A stretch of 64,000 nt of DNA, from NCBI GenBank assembly GCA_016207605.1, contig JACQPJ010000059.1, positions 1,238 to 65,237 of the forward strand, written 5' to 3'. Of the stretch, positions 45,354 through 54,612 are shown one piece after another (within the stretch, counting starts at the first letter, position 1; each line of letters starts with the position of its first letter). Below the pieces are notes generated by a model. It did not search any database. It had not been told where the DNA came from and saw nothing but the letters and a program-made list of their open reading frames with translations. The translations under genes and the position numbers were made by a program. The stretch comes from Elusimicrobiota bacterium (lineage in GTDB: Bacteria > Elusimicrobiota > Elusimicrobia > UBA1565 > UBA9628).

Positions 45354-46925
45354 TTGAAAGCACAAGAATATTTTTTCAATTTTCGGGGCAAGTGGTTGCT
45401 CCTACTTGTCTTCGGTGTAATTTTTATTGCCGGCAAACTATTGATAGAGAGGCATCATGTGGTAACTACGACTAAGACTTTGCTCGTTGGAATCCCGGGC
45501 TATTGGGGAACGGTTGTGCCTCCATTGCAACATTCCGCTTATGGTTCCGCTGTATTGGATAACCAATTCGAACCTTTGGTCCGACGCGGACAGAATGGAT
45601 TAATCGAACCCTTGGCTGCCATATCCTGGGAAGTCAGCCCAGATAATTGCGTATTTCGATTTAAGATCGACACAAAACGACGATTTTCCGATGGTTCAAG
45701 CTTAAGCGCTACAGACTTTAAGAGATCTTGGGAAAACGGGCTTCGCATGCAAGCTAAATCCAACAATAAGGCTGTGGAAGATGCTCTTTACACCGTTAAA
45801 GGCTTCGCAGCATTCGCCGAGAAAGGGACAATTGAAGGAGTCCGGGTTCATGGGCATGACTTATTGGAGATTGAGTTTGACAAACCTGTACGTGTCGCGT
45901 TGGAGTATTTGGCCGGTGTTCGCTATGCCGCCTATAAATTTGTCGGGAATCGCCCAATTGGTACCGGTCCCTACGTCATGGAGGAGAAGGACAATGAGTT
46001 GTTTTTAACTCCCAATACATACTACACAGGGAATGAACCGCGATTCGATAAAATCAAAATTGTAGTAGCAGCTCCAGAGACTGTTGAAAAGAAACTTCAA
46101 TCAGAAGAGATTGATGTGCTGATCTTTGCGGAGCGGACACATATGCCGGGATGTCTTGATGAGTCAGCGGGCAAAATTCGATGCGCTTTCAGCCAGGAAG
46201 CCTCTCATGTTTCTATTGACATCAATGGCTTGCGCGGACGGATTTTCTCCAATCGCAAGTATCGGCTGGCCCTGCAGGCCCTGGTCCACAAGAAACTGGA
46301 AGAGATCGGCTTGCCCAAAGAACTTCAAGCAGGCCATTTTACTTCAGACTCCCAAAGCTTCTTGAAATTTCAATCGGGCAGGCTGTCAGATACTGAGGTA
46401 GGAGAAATCATACGACTCGGGCGCAAATACATTCCTGAGCTTGTAGAGGCTTCGCTGAGGACTCCTGTTTATTTGGTTTCTGCAGATGAATGCCGGTGGC
46501 TGATCACCATTTTGCACGATGAAGGAGTGAAAATTGCCGAGAACTCGGGAAGGACCGAATTCTCCAAAATGCTCGAAATGGAATATAAAACTTACGAACC
46601 GGATATTATCCTGGGCAGTTTCTCTGTTTACAACGGTGATCCTGATGGACTCTATCATTTGCTTGGGAAACATGGGTCCATCTTTTCTCCTATGATGGAT
46701 AGAGAAGGCATAGGAGACTTGTTAGACGCAGGGCGTGAGATCATGGATCGAAATTCATTGGCTCCTCACTATGAGAAATTAGCCCGAGTCATCTTAAAGG
46801 AAGTCCCCTATGTTCATCTAGGCTATACCGCTAGAGTGATCGCTTACAATTCAGATAAAATTCGCGTCAATGATAATTTCATCAGTAGGGACTACCGTCG
46901 ACTAACGATATTAGAGCCCCGATGA
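45354..46925 (+). CDS. family-5 solute-binding protein without a permease partner (probable sensory receptor)
   Basis: N-terminal TM anchor, FEPLV, RFSDGSSLSATDFKRS, IGTGPY, DPDG; TTG start; ATGA-coupled to the kinase. Confidence 0.85.
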   Translation: MKAQEYFFNFRGKWLLLLVFGVIFIAGKLLIERHHVVTTTKTLLVGIPGYWGTVVPPLQHSAYGSAVLDNQFEPLVRRGQNGLIEPLAAISWEVSPDNCVFRFKIDTKRRFSDGSSLSATDFKRSWENGLRMQAKSNNKAVEDALYTVKGFAAFAEKGTIEGVRVHGHDLLEIEFDKPVRVALEYLAGVRYAAYKFVGNRPIGTGPYVMEEKDNELFLTPNTYYTGNEPRFDKIKIVVAAPETVEKKLQSEEIDVLIFAERTHMPGCLDESAGKIRCAFSQEASHVSIDINGLRGRIFSNRKYRLALQALVHKKLEEIGLPKELQAGHFTSDSQSFLKFQSGRLSDTEVGEIIRLGRKYIPELVEASLRTPVYLVSADECRWLITILHDEGVKIAENSGRTEFSKMLEMEYKTYEPDIILGSFSVYNGDPDGLYHLLGKHGSIFSPMMDREGIGDLLDAGREIMDRNSLAPHYEKLARVILKEVPYVHLGYTARVIAYNSDKIRVNDNFISRDYRRLTILEPR

Positions 46926-48985
46926 TCGATCTGAAAGCCTGGATCAATAGTAACGCAAAACAACCACTTATATGCGCAATCAGCGCCGCCATTTGCCTGC
47001 AAGCAGGGTATCTCGTCCATCTAGCTCATGATCATTACTCGGCTCAAATCCACCGTATCGAGCGTGTAGTCCAGACCGCAAGCCTTGGAGTCCAACAGGC
47101 TAATAGGCCACTTGTTGAGTCGGCTCTCATTGCGAGCTTGCATAATTCAGATGCCGTTCAAGTGGCTTTATGCCAGGGAACCAAAGCGGACTTAAGGTAC
47201 CCACTCTCAAACAACGATCCATGTCAGACCGCACCCAAAGGAATTTTTCATTGGACAATTCGAATCCCGGCAATTGGAGTGGCAGGGCATGATTTCGTCT
47301 TCGTGGTCAATAGACTGGATATCTTTGCCTCATTAATGGTGTTGGTCGCCATAACCGCGCTGCTATCCCTGACTATGGTTTTGATTCTTATCCACATGCG
47401 TAGGAAGTTCGAATCGGAAGTCCTCGAGCCGCTTTATCATGGGCTCGATCAGGAGAAGCCGTTGGAGATATCCGAATTAGATGATATTAGGCTCAAAATC
47501 CATGAGCATCATGCGCTAAATCAAAAGCGAGCTGTCTCTGAAGCTCTCTTCGAAATGAGCGCTCAAGTCGCGCATGACATTCGCTCTCCCCTAGCCGCCC
47601 TGGAAACGGTAGTCAAGGATGTTTCCTCATTGCCTGAGAATCACCGGATCATCGTGCGCAGCGCCGTCAGCCGTATACGAGACATTGCCAACAGCTTGCT
47701 TGATAGACGCCGAGAGGCGTCTGGTTCGCAAGTTGCTCAGGTTCAATCTGCTATTGCAGAACCTGTAGCAGCCTGCTTGCTTTCAGGTCTCCTTGACCCG
47801 CTAGTTACTGAAAAGCGCTTGCAATTCCGTTCCCGCATTAATGTCGAGATAGACTTGCGTATGGATGAATTTTTCTGCGGCCTCTTCGCCAAGGTTCAAC
47901 CTGTCGAGTTTCAACGAGCTGTTTCCAATCTAATCAACAATGCGGTCGAGGCGCTGAAAGAGAAAGGAACTGTTACAGTTAATTTAAAGTCTTCGGATAA
48001 TGAGATTCTTATAGAAGTCAGCGATAACGGCGAAGGCATCCCACCTGAAATACTGGCTAATCTGGGCCAAAGAGGCGAAACCCACGGTAAGACCGGGGGC
48101 TCGGGCCTTGGACTTCACCACGCAAGAAGTTTCGCTGAATCTTGGGGCGGGCGGCTTGAGCTTGCGTCCCAAGTCGATAAGGGCACTACTGCTACCATAG
48201 TCTTGCCGCAAGCTTCCGCGCCGGAATGGTTTATATCGCAGCTCTTATTTGAACCGGGGCAGACTGTCGTGATCCTGGATGACGACACCAGCATCCACCA
48301 AGTGTGGCAAGGGCGGCTGGATTCCTTGTGCTCCGCTGGTACCATTCAGGCCATTCATTTCTCGACACCCCAGGAACTTATTAAATGGGTAGGGGAAGAC
48401 AGGGTCAGGGCGCAGGCTGCCTTATACTTGCTCGACTATGAACTTCTGGGCTACAAGGAAACAGGCTTAAAACTTTCCGAGACGCTTGGACTTGGCAAGC
48501 AAACGATCCTCGTGACAAGCCGCTATCAAGAATCTGGCATTCTGGAATGCTGTCGTAAGCTCAAAGTTCGGATGATCCCAAAGGGGCTGGCGGGGCTGGT
48601 GCCTATCCGAATGCGCTGGGTCACGGGACAAGATAATTCAGACAAAATTGATGCCGTTCTCGTTGACGATGACCCATTAGTCCGTGCGACATGGGCTTTA
48701 ACGGCAACCAAGGCGGGGAAGCAGTTGGCGGTATTTTCTTCAGCCGCAGAGTTTTGGGGCGCAATGGCTCGTATTGGTCGCTCCACTCCGATCTATTTAG
48801 ACCAGGAGCTTGGCGACATCGTAAAAGGGGAGAAGCTTGCAGCGCAGTTAAACGGGCTGGGGTTTGCTGAAATCTACTTGGCAACTGGACATAAACTTAC
48901 CCTTGTAAAAACGCCCAATTACATAAAAGGGATTGTCGGCAAGGAGCCGCCTTGGGTGGTTGAAGAAATAGGTGCAACAACTTGA
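46922..48985 (+). CDS. membrane hybrid sensor histidine kinase with two REC-like domains
   Basis: Two TM segments; H box AQVAHDIRSPL; N box NLINNAVEA; G1 DNGEG; G2 GSGLGL; REC-like VVILDDD..LLDYEL and VLVDDD..YLDQEL. Confidence 0.92.
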   Translation: MIDLKAWINSNAKQPLICAISAAICLQAGYLVHLAHDHYSAQIHRIERVVQTASLGVQQANRPLVESALIASLHNSDAVQVALCQGTKADLRYPLSNNDPCQTAPKGIFHWTIRIPAIGVAGHDFVFVVNRLDIFASLMVLVAITALLSLTMVLILIHMRRKFESEVLEPLYHGLDQEKPLEISELDDIRLKIHEHHALNQKRAVSEALFEMSAQVAHDIRSPLAALETVVKDVSSLPENHRIIVRSAVSRIRDIANSLLDRRREASGSQVAQVQSAIAEPVAACLLSGLLDPLVTEKRLQFRSRINVEIDLRMDEFFCGLFAKVQPVEFQRAVSNLINNAVEALKEKGTVTVNLKSSDNEILIEVSDNGEGIPPEILANLGQRGETHGKTGGSGLGLHHARSFAESWGGRLELASQVDKGTTATIVLPQASAPEWFISQLLFEPGQTVVILDDDTSIHQVWQGRLDSLCSAGTIQAIHFSTPQELIKWVGEDRVRAQAALYLLDYELLGYKETGLKLSETLGLGKQTILVTSRYQESGILECCRKLKVRMIPKGLAGLVPIRMRWVTGQDNSDKIDAVLVDDDPLVRATWALTATKAGKQLAVFSSAAEFWGAMARIGRSTPIYLDQELGDIVKGEKLAAQLNGLGFAEIYLATGHKLTLVKTPNYIKGIVGKEPPWVVEEIGATT

Positions 48986-49090
48986 GGAAAATTGTCTGGA
49001 GTCGAGTTCGTTGGCTACAACCTGAAGTATATTCTCTGTTTTGAAAATCTCCTCGGAGAAGCTTACCACCTGTAAGACGCTCAGTTGTTT

Positions 49091-49413
49091 GGCTCATGAC
49101 AGATTTTTGTGAACATGGACCCAGCCCCACGGGGAAAACACGCCCATCCATGGGGTGCAGACTTGGATGATTTTCAGCCGCATGTACTCATCGTCCCGGA
49201 AGCCATAGGCCCGGCGAATGAGATTCTTGGCCTTGAGATTGGTCGCTTCGATGTATCCCAACGATACCCGTTTGTCGCAGCAGGCAAGGATGCCGTCGAA
49301 GTGAGAGTCCACCATGCGGGCGAACTTGTGGTAGGGCTTGAGCCGGCTCCACTTGAGCTGATCGACCCAGGCGTTGAAGAAGCGCCACGCGCAGGTCTTG
49401 GATTTGTAGGTCC
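49091..49413 (-). mobile_element. ISL3-family transposase 3' remnant with terminal end
   Basis: W...LKWSRLKPYHKFARMVDSHFDGIL...LGYIEATNLKAKNLIRRAYGFRDDEY is ISL3-type C-terminus; GGCTC end at 49091; 5' part replaced by the direct repeat. Confidence 0.82.
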
Positions 49414-49499
49414 AGATCTGCACCCGGCTGCTCTACACGTCCCTGTCCCGCAGCGGACGTCCGCCCCAGCCCAAAGAGGCCAAGGATGAGCGCGAGCTC
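49414..49499 (+). repeat. 86-bp direct repeat, copy 2
   Basis: Matches 43724-43809 with one mismatch; followed by truncated mini-gene start (MSASSRE then stops). Confidence 0.95.
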
Positions 49500-49537
49500 T
49501 CGCGAGTGATAAGGCAAGGAGCCCCCGTGGGGAGAAA

Positions 49538-50122
49538 GTGCGATTAGCTGAGCGCCAGACCGTCCATCGTTTTGGCGGAAACCAGTGGTTGTATCATCAG
49601 ATTCCAGATGTCTTCGCCGGTGAGGTTCTATATCCCCTTAATCAATTGGTTGAGATTGCTCCGGAGGTCGCCAAGGTGGCGAAACGAAAATATGAGGGGC
49701 GAGAACATCTGATGAATGTGAGGCTTCCGCTTTTGAACTGCCTGTGGAACGACGTCTTGCATCTTAGTCCGATCCATCCTTCGAGGATCCGAGACGCGCT
49801 CATGGAGACCGGCTGTCTGCGGCAAGCGGATATTAAACCCCGACGTTTTTTTGTCATCGCTCCTGAAGGGTTAGAGCCCAGGCAAACGCTCTATTTCCAA
49901 AACTCTCATGATACCGGCTATAAGTATGATTTTCTGGAGAGCGACTTCGCTTTCTTCGACTTCCAACGCTATCGTGAATTGGCAGCGGTTCCTGACGAAC
50001 AATTTGGATACTTCATTCAAATGAAGGACGCGCAGAAAACTCCATTGCTTTGGGCGCGCACGCCCCATGTGTTTTATCGCGGGGCCATCCGCATGGCAGG
50101 TCTAGAGATCATCGATTGGTAG
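49538..50122 (+). CDS. conserved hypothetical protein
   Basis: GTG start with GGGAG upstream; LYPLNQL..KYEGRE..LNCLWNDVLHLSPIHP looks like a conserved family motif; low GC. Confidence 0.7.
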   Translation: MRLAERQTVHRFGGNQWLYHQIPDVFAGEVLYPLNQLVEIAPEVAKVAKRKYEGREHLMNVRLPLLNCLWNDVLHLSPIHPSRIRDALMETGCLRQADIKPRRFFVIAPEGLEPRQTLYFQNSHDTGYKYDFLESDFAFFDFQRYRELAAVPDEQFGYFIQMKDAQKTPLLWARTPHVFYRGAIRMAGLEIIDW

Positions 50123-50138
50123 GCAAGGAAAACGAATC

Positions 50139-50543
50139 ATGAGAAAACTCAAACCTGCGAAGGAAAATAAAAAATCGCGCATGATGGATCGTCTTTACGG
50201 GACCGGTTATTCGGAGGAAGTATTTCAACAACTGGAAAAACTCGATCCGGCATTCAACGATATTGTTCAACAATTCGCCTATGGCGAGATATGGGCGCGT
50301 AGCGGTCTAAGCATTCGCGATAAGAGTTTGGTGACCATTGCGGCTTTGATCGCGCTGGGTAAAGAAGAACAAACCAAGATCCATATACGTGGATTTTTGC
50401 GCTCAGGCGGTACTGTTGCGGAACTTAAAAGCGTGCTGATCCATCTTGTCGTTTATTGCGGATTCCCTGCGGCAATGAACGGATTCTCCGCTTTGCAAAT
50501 CGTTTTGGAGCGGATGCGCAATGAACATTATGAACGGCAATAA
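50139..50543 (+). CDS. carboxymuconolactone decarboxylase (CMD/AhpD-like) family protein
   Basis: FAYGEIWARSGLSIRDKSLVTIAALIALG...IHIRG...YCGFPAA. Confidence 0.9.
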   Translation: MRKLKPAKENKKSRMMDRLYGTGYSEEVFQQLEKLDPAFNDIVQQFAYGEIWARSGLSIRDKSLVTIAALIALGKEEQTKIHIRGFLRSGGTVAELKSVLIHLVVYCGFPAAMNGFSALQIVLERMRNEHYERQ

Positions 50544-50641
50544 GCGCCAGATGAAGGACTTCGCGGGCTAAACATGAGGGGGGACCAGGAATCCTTGCGG
50601 ATTTGCGAGTTGGCGTCTTGGCGTCTCGGCGGTTCATCGTT

Positions 50642-52246
50642 GTGACGTTGAACGGCCTTCTCGACCGGGCCGCCCAGGAGGGGGGAGAGCGGACGGCGCT
50701 GATCGCGGGAGAGCGCGAGGTCTCCTTCGCGGACCTGCGCCGCGAGGTCCTCTCGCTGGCCGAGGGCCTGCGCCGCGCCGGCGCCGCCAAGGGCGCCCGG
50801 CTCGCGATCGTCCACCGCAACGCGCCCGAGTTCGTCGCCGCCTATTTCGCCGCCCTGCGCCTGGGCGCCATTGCCGTGCCGCTCAACTTCCTGATCCACA
50901 AGCCCGACGAATTGGCTTATCTTCTCAACGACTGCGGCGCCTTCGGCGTCGTGACCCAGGCCGAGTTCCTGCCCGGCCTGAAGGCGGCGGCCGCGCGCTG
51001 TCCGGCCCTGCGCGCCCTCTGGGTCACGGACCGCGCGCGCCATCACGAGGGGGACGAATTGGTCAAGCCGTTCGCCGATCTGCGCGGGCCGGCCGCCGAG
51101 GAATTTAATGCCGACGCCGCGTCGGCCGAGGACGTCGCCGCCGTCCTCTACACCTCCGGCACGACCGGGCGCCCCAAGGGCGCCATGCTCACCCACCGCA
51201 ACCTCGTCTCCAACTGCGCAAGCTCCCTGCGGCGCATGGGGCTGACGCGCCGCGACGTCTCGGTCTGCATCCTGCCCATGTTCCACAGCTTCGCCTGGAC
51301 CGGGCTGGTGCTCGTCTCGCTGCGCCTGGCCATCCCATGCGTGATCGCCCACGCCGTGGCGCCGGCCAAGCCCTGGCTCCAAGCCATGGGGCGGCACGGC
51401 GTGACCCTTATTGCCGCCGTGCCCCAGGTTTACGCGGCCCTGGCCCGCGAGGCCAAGAGCTTCGAGGTCCGCTGGTTCCTGCGCCTGTGGGCCTTCCGCC
51501 GCGTGCGCGTGGCCGTCTCCGGCGCCGCGCCCCTGCCCGCGGCCACGGCCCGCGCCTTCGAGGCGGCCGTGGGCGTCCCCATCCTGGAGGGCTGGGGCCT
51601 CACCGAGACCAGCCCCGTGGCGACCGTCAACCCGCCCGGCCGCGCCAAGCCCGGCAGCGTGGGCCCTGCCATCGACGGCGTGCGCTTGAAGGTCGTGGAC
51701 GAGGAGGAGCGCGAGCTGCCCGTCGGCCAGGACGGCGAGATCTGCGTGCAGGGCGAGAACGTCATGAAGGGCTACTGGGGCCTGCCCGAGGACACCGCCG
51801 CGGCCTTTACGAAAGATGGGTGGTTTAAAACGGGCGACATCGGCGCGCTCGACGCGGACGACTACCTCGCCATTCACGACCGCAAGAAGGACATGGTCAT
51901 CGTCAAGGGCCTCAAGGTCTTCCCCGCGCAGGTGGAGGCGGTGATCGCCGAGCACCCCGACGTCGCCGAGTCGGCCGTCATCGGCGTGCCCGATTCCCTG
52001 GGCGACGAGACCCTCAAGGCCTTCGTCGTGCCCAAGAGCGGGCACGCGCCGGAGAAGGCGGAGCTCCTGCGCTTCTTCAAGGAGCGCCTCGACCACTACA
52101 AGCGCCCGCGCGACGTGGAGCTCGTCGCGGAGCTGCCCAAGAACGCCCTGCACAAGGTGCTCAAGCGCGTCCTGCGCGAACGCGAGCTCCAGAAGCGCGG
52201 CATCAAAAGCGTGAACCACGAAGACGCAAAGAATGTGGGGAACTGA
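50642..52246 (+). CDS. long-chain fatty-acid--CoA ligase (AMP-binding family)
   Basis: LYTSGTTGRPKG, EGWGLTET, FKTGDIG, DRKKDM, P.NALHKV; start uncertain (ORF from 50603). Confidence 0.93.
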   Translation: MTLNGLLDRAAQEGGERTALIAGEREVSFADLRREVLSLAEGLRRAGAAKGARLAIVHRNAPEFVAAYFAALRLGAIAVPLNFLIHKPDELAYLLNDCGAFGVVTQAEFLPGLKAAAARCPALRALWVTDRARHHEGDELVKPFADLRGPAAEEFNADAASAEDVAAVLYTSGTTGRPKGAMLTHRNLVSNCASSLRRMGLTRRDVSVCILPMFHSFAWTGLVLVSLRLAIPCVIAHAVAPAKPWLQAMGRHGVTLIAAVPQVYAALAREAKSFEVRWFLRLWAFRRVRVAVSGAAPLPAATARAFEAAVGVPILEGWGLTETSPVATVNPPGRAKPGSVGPAIDGVRLKVVDEEERELPVGQDGEICVQGENVMKGYWGLPEDTAAAFTKDGWFKTGDIGALDADDYLAIHDRKKDMVIVKGLKVFPAQVEAVIAEHPDVAESAVIGVPDSLGDETLKAFVVPKSGHAPEKAELLRFFKERLDHYKRPRDVELVAELPKNALHKVLKRVLRERELQKRGIKSVNHEDAKNVGN

Positions 52247-52304
52247 TGAAAAATTCCGCTGATTTTTGGCAAAATTTTACTGGCGCCGGCGCCGGTCTTT
52301 TTCT

Positions 52305-53780
52305 ATGCGCCTGACGGCGGAGGCGGTCGCCGCCCTGCGCCGTTTATCGGCTCTGCGCCCGGAGCCCGTCTGGCTCGTCGGCGGCGCCATCCGCGACGCC
52401 GCCCTCGACCGCCCCGTGGCCGACTTGGACGTCGCCTCCCGCGGCGCCAAAGCCTTGGCTCAAGCCGCGGCGCGCGCTTTCGGCGGAAGCTTCGTGATCC
52501 TCGACGCGGAGAATAAGGTCTACCGCGTCGCCCTGAGGCCGCGGCCGCGAAGCGCGCTGCGCCAAATTGACGTCGCGGAGATCCAAGGCAAGGACATCGC
52601 CGAGGACCTGGCCCGCCGCGACTTCACGGTCAATGCCGTTGCTCTTTGGCTTCCCATCGCCTCGACCGCGATCCCGCCCGCGGCATTTCTCGATCCGCGC
52701 CGGGGACTGGCGGATTTGAAACGCCGCGTGCTACGCTGCGAATCCGGACGTTTATTCACGGACGACCCGCTGCGCCTCCTGCGCGCCTTCCGCGTCGCGG
52801 CTCAGTGCGGCCTGACGATCGAGCCCAAGACGCTCGCCCTGATCCGCAAGCACTGCGGCCTGGCGCGCAAGCCCGCGGCCGAGCGCGTCCAGGCCGAGCT
52901 CATGGCCCTGCTCGCCGTCCCCGGCGCTCCCGCCTGGCTCAAGCTGATGGATGACGCCGGCCTGCTGACCGCGCTCCTGCCCGAGCTCGAGCCCGCGCGC
53001 GCCTGCGCCGAGGAGTACTACGGCGTCGGCGGCGTGCTCAAGCACTCCCTGACGGTCTGCGCCCGCCTGGACTTCCTGCTCGAAAACCTGCGCGCGGTCT
53101 ACCCCGACCTGGCCCGCTCCATGGCCGCCGCCCCGCGCGCGCCCCTCATGCTCGCCGCGCTCCTCCACGATATGTCCAAGCCCGAGACCGCGCGCCGCGA
53201 CGGCGACCGCCTGCGCTTCTTCGGCCACGACGAGCGCGGCGCCCAGCGCGCGGAAAAGATTCTGCGCGAGCTCCGCTTTTCCCGGGAGCACGTCCGGCTC
53301 GTCGCGGCGATCATACGCCACCACCTTCGCCCCGGCCACCTGGCCGGGGGGGAGACCATCACCGAGAAGGCCGCCTACCGCTTCTTTCGCGACCTCGGCG
53401 CCGACGCGCCCGGCCTGCTCGCGGTCGCCTGGGCCGACCATGCCTCCTACCTCCCCGCGCCGCGCCTCAAGCGCCTGCTCCCGCAGGCCTGCGCCCGCAA
53501 GCCCGGCCCCTTGGCGCGCATCCGCCCGGCCGAGGCGCGCAAGACCGTCCGCCACCTGCGCCTGGTCTCCTGGCTCCTGCGCCGCTTTTTCAAACACGAC
53601 CAGGCGCCCGTCCCGGTCCGCCTCCTCGATGGCCGCGACGTCATGAAGGCCCTGAAAATCTCGCCCGGCCCCCGCGTCGGCGAAATCCTGGAGCTTCTAC
53701 GCGAGGCCCAGGCTGAGGGCCGCGTTCAAGACCGCGCTCAAGCGCTGGCCTTCGTTTCCCGCCTAGGCCTCGACCCATAA
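52305..53780 (+). CDS. class II tRNA nucleotidyltransferase with HD domain
   Basis: VGGAIRD..L...DLDV, DLARRDFTVNA, DDPLRLLRAFR, LLHDMSKP, GPRVGEIL; ORF extends to 52266. Confidence 0.92.
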   Translation: MRLTAEAVAALRRLSALRPEPVWLVGGAIRDAALDRPVADLDVASRGAKALAQAAARAFGGSFVILDAENKVYRVALRPRPRSALRQIDVAEIQGKDIAEDLARRDFTVNAVALWLPIASTAIPPAAFLDPRRGLADLKRRVLRCESGRLFTDDPLRLLRAFRVAAQCGLTIEPKTLALIRKHCGLARKPAAERVQAELMALLAVPGAPAWLKLMDDAGLLTALLPELEPARACAEEYYGVGGVLKHSLTVCARLDFLLENLRAVYPDLARSMAAAPRAPLMLAALLHDMSKPETARRDGDRLRFFGHDERGAQRAEKILRELRFSREHVRLVAAIIRHHLRPGHLAGGETITEKAAYRFFRDLGADAPGLLAVAWADHASYLPAPRLKRLLPQACARKPGPLARIRPAEARKTVRHLRLVSWLLRRFFKHDQAPVPVRLLDGRDVMKALKISPGPRVGEILELLREAQAEGRVQDRAQALAFVSRLGLDP

Positions 53781-53787
53781 CATCTAG
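53763..53787. repeat. internally deleted CTAG-repeat unit
   Basis: CTAGGCCTCGACCC (start of the 15712 unit) joined to ATAACATCTAG (end of a unit). Confidence 0.75.
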
Positions 53788-53791
53788 CCTG

Positions 53792-53834
53792 TTGATTTTT
53801 TATAGTTTTTAGTTTATACTAAACTATAAACTAT
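53792..53834 (+). promoter_or_regulatory. sigma70-like promoter overlapped by a 15-bp inverted-repeat operator
   Basis: TTGATT(53792)-17 nt-TATACT(53815); ATAGTTTTTAGTTTA-TAC-TAAACTATAAACTAT (53802-53834, one mismatch) covers the -10 and the ATG. Confidence 0.7.
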
Positions 53835-54612
53835 GAAGACTGAGAGTAGATCGAAAATACTCAAAATCATCAATCAAGGCGCCGGGGCAAGACCCATTGA
53901 GCTGGTGAGAAGTCTGGGGATCTCCGCCCAGGCCATCCACCGTCACTTGAAGGCTCTCATGTCGGCCGGCGTCCTCGAGTCTCGCGGCCGCGGACCCTTG
54001 ACTCGCTATTTCATCGCCGGAGCGGCCGAAGTCGGCAAGGCCCGCCGATGGTACTCTTCGACCGGCGCCCCAATCGAAAGCCCGAGCGAGTTCCTCTGCG
54101 GGACGCGCGACGTCTTTTCAGCGCGCCTTGGCCGCCTGAGCTCTCTGCCGAGAGCGGGGCTCAAGGAGCAGGACCTGCCGCTGGTTCTCTCCGTCATCGG
54201 CGAGGTCGGCAACAACAGCTTCGATCACAACCTCGGGAAGTGGCGGGACGACCCCGGCTGCTGGCTCGAAACGCAGATCACGGGAGGGCGCTTGTGGATA
54301 TGCCTCGCCGACCGCGGGCAGGGGGTGCTTCGTTCGCTGTCCCGGGTGGACCCGGCGCTTCAGGACGAGCACGCGGCTCTCACGGCCGCGTTCGAGAGAA
54401 CGCTCTCCGGCCGGGCCCCGGAAAAAAGGGGGAACGGCTTGAAGTTTGTCCGGCGCATCGTCACCGGCAGCGGGGGGCGCGGGCTCGCCTGTCGGTCCGG
54501 AGCCGCGCTGGTGGCCTACGGCGAGCTCGGAGGGATTTGCCGCGAGGAATTGGCCCGTTTTTCCTCTCAGGCCGGCGGAACGGCGACGCTGATCGCATGG
54601 GATTTGAAATGA
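53833..54612 (+). CDS. winged-HTH plus HATPase-like (GHKL) fusion protein
   Basis: N-terminal HTH (LVRSLGISAQAIHRHLKAL); N box EVGNNSFDH, G1 LADRGQG, G2 RGNGLKF; no H box. Confidence 0.8.
   Translation: MKTESRSKILKIINQGAGARPIELVRSLGISAQAIHRHLKALMSAGVLESRGRGPLTRYFIAGAAEVGKARRWYSSTGAPIESPSEFLCGTRDVFSARLGRLSSLPRAGLKEQDLPLVLSVIGEVGNNSFDHNLGKWRDDPGCWLETQITGGRLWICLADRGQGVLRSLSRVDPALQDEHAALTAAFERTLSGRAPEKRGNGLKFVRRIVTGSGGRGLACRSGAALVAYGELGGICREELARFSSQAGGTATLIAWDLK

Noticed and set aside
43724-49499. Prophage or integrase-driven island
   Set aside because: No integrase, recombinase or phage genes between or beside the repeats, and the target is not a tRNA
42348-50600. Sigma54 (-24/-12) promoter for the signalling cassette
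   Set aside because: No convincing TGGCAC-N5-TTGC match found by eye; a PWM scan is needed, so none is claimed
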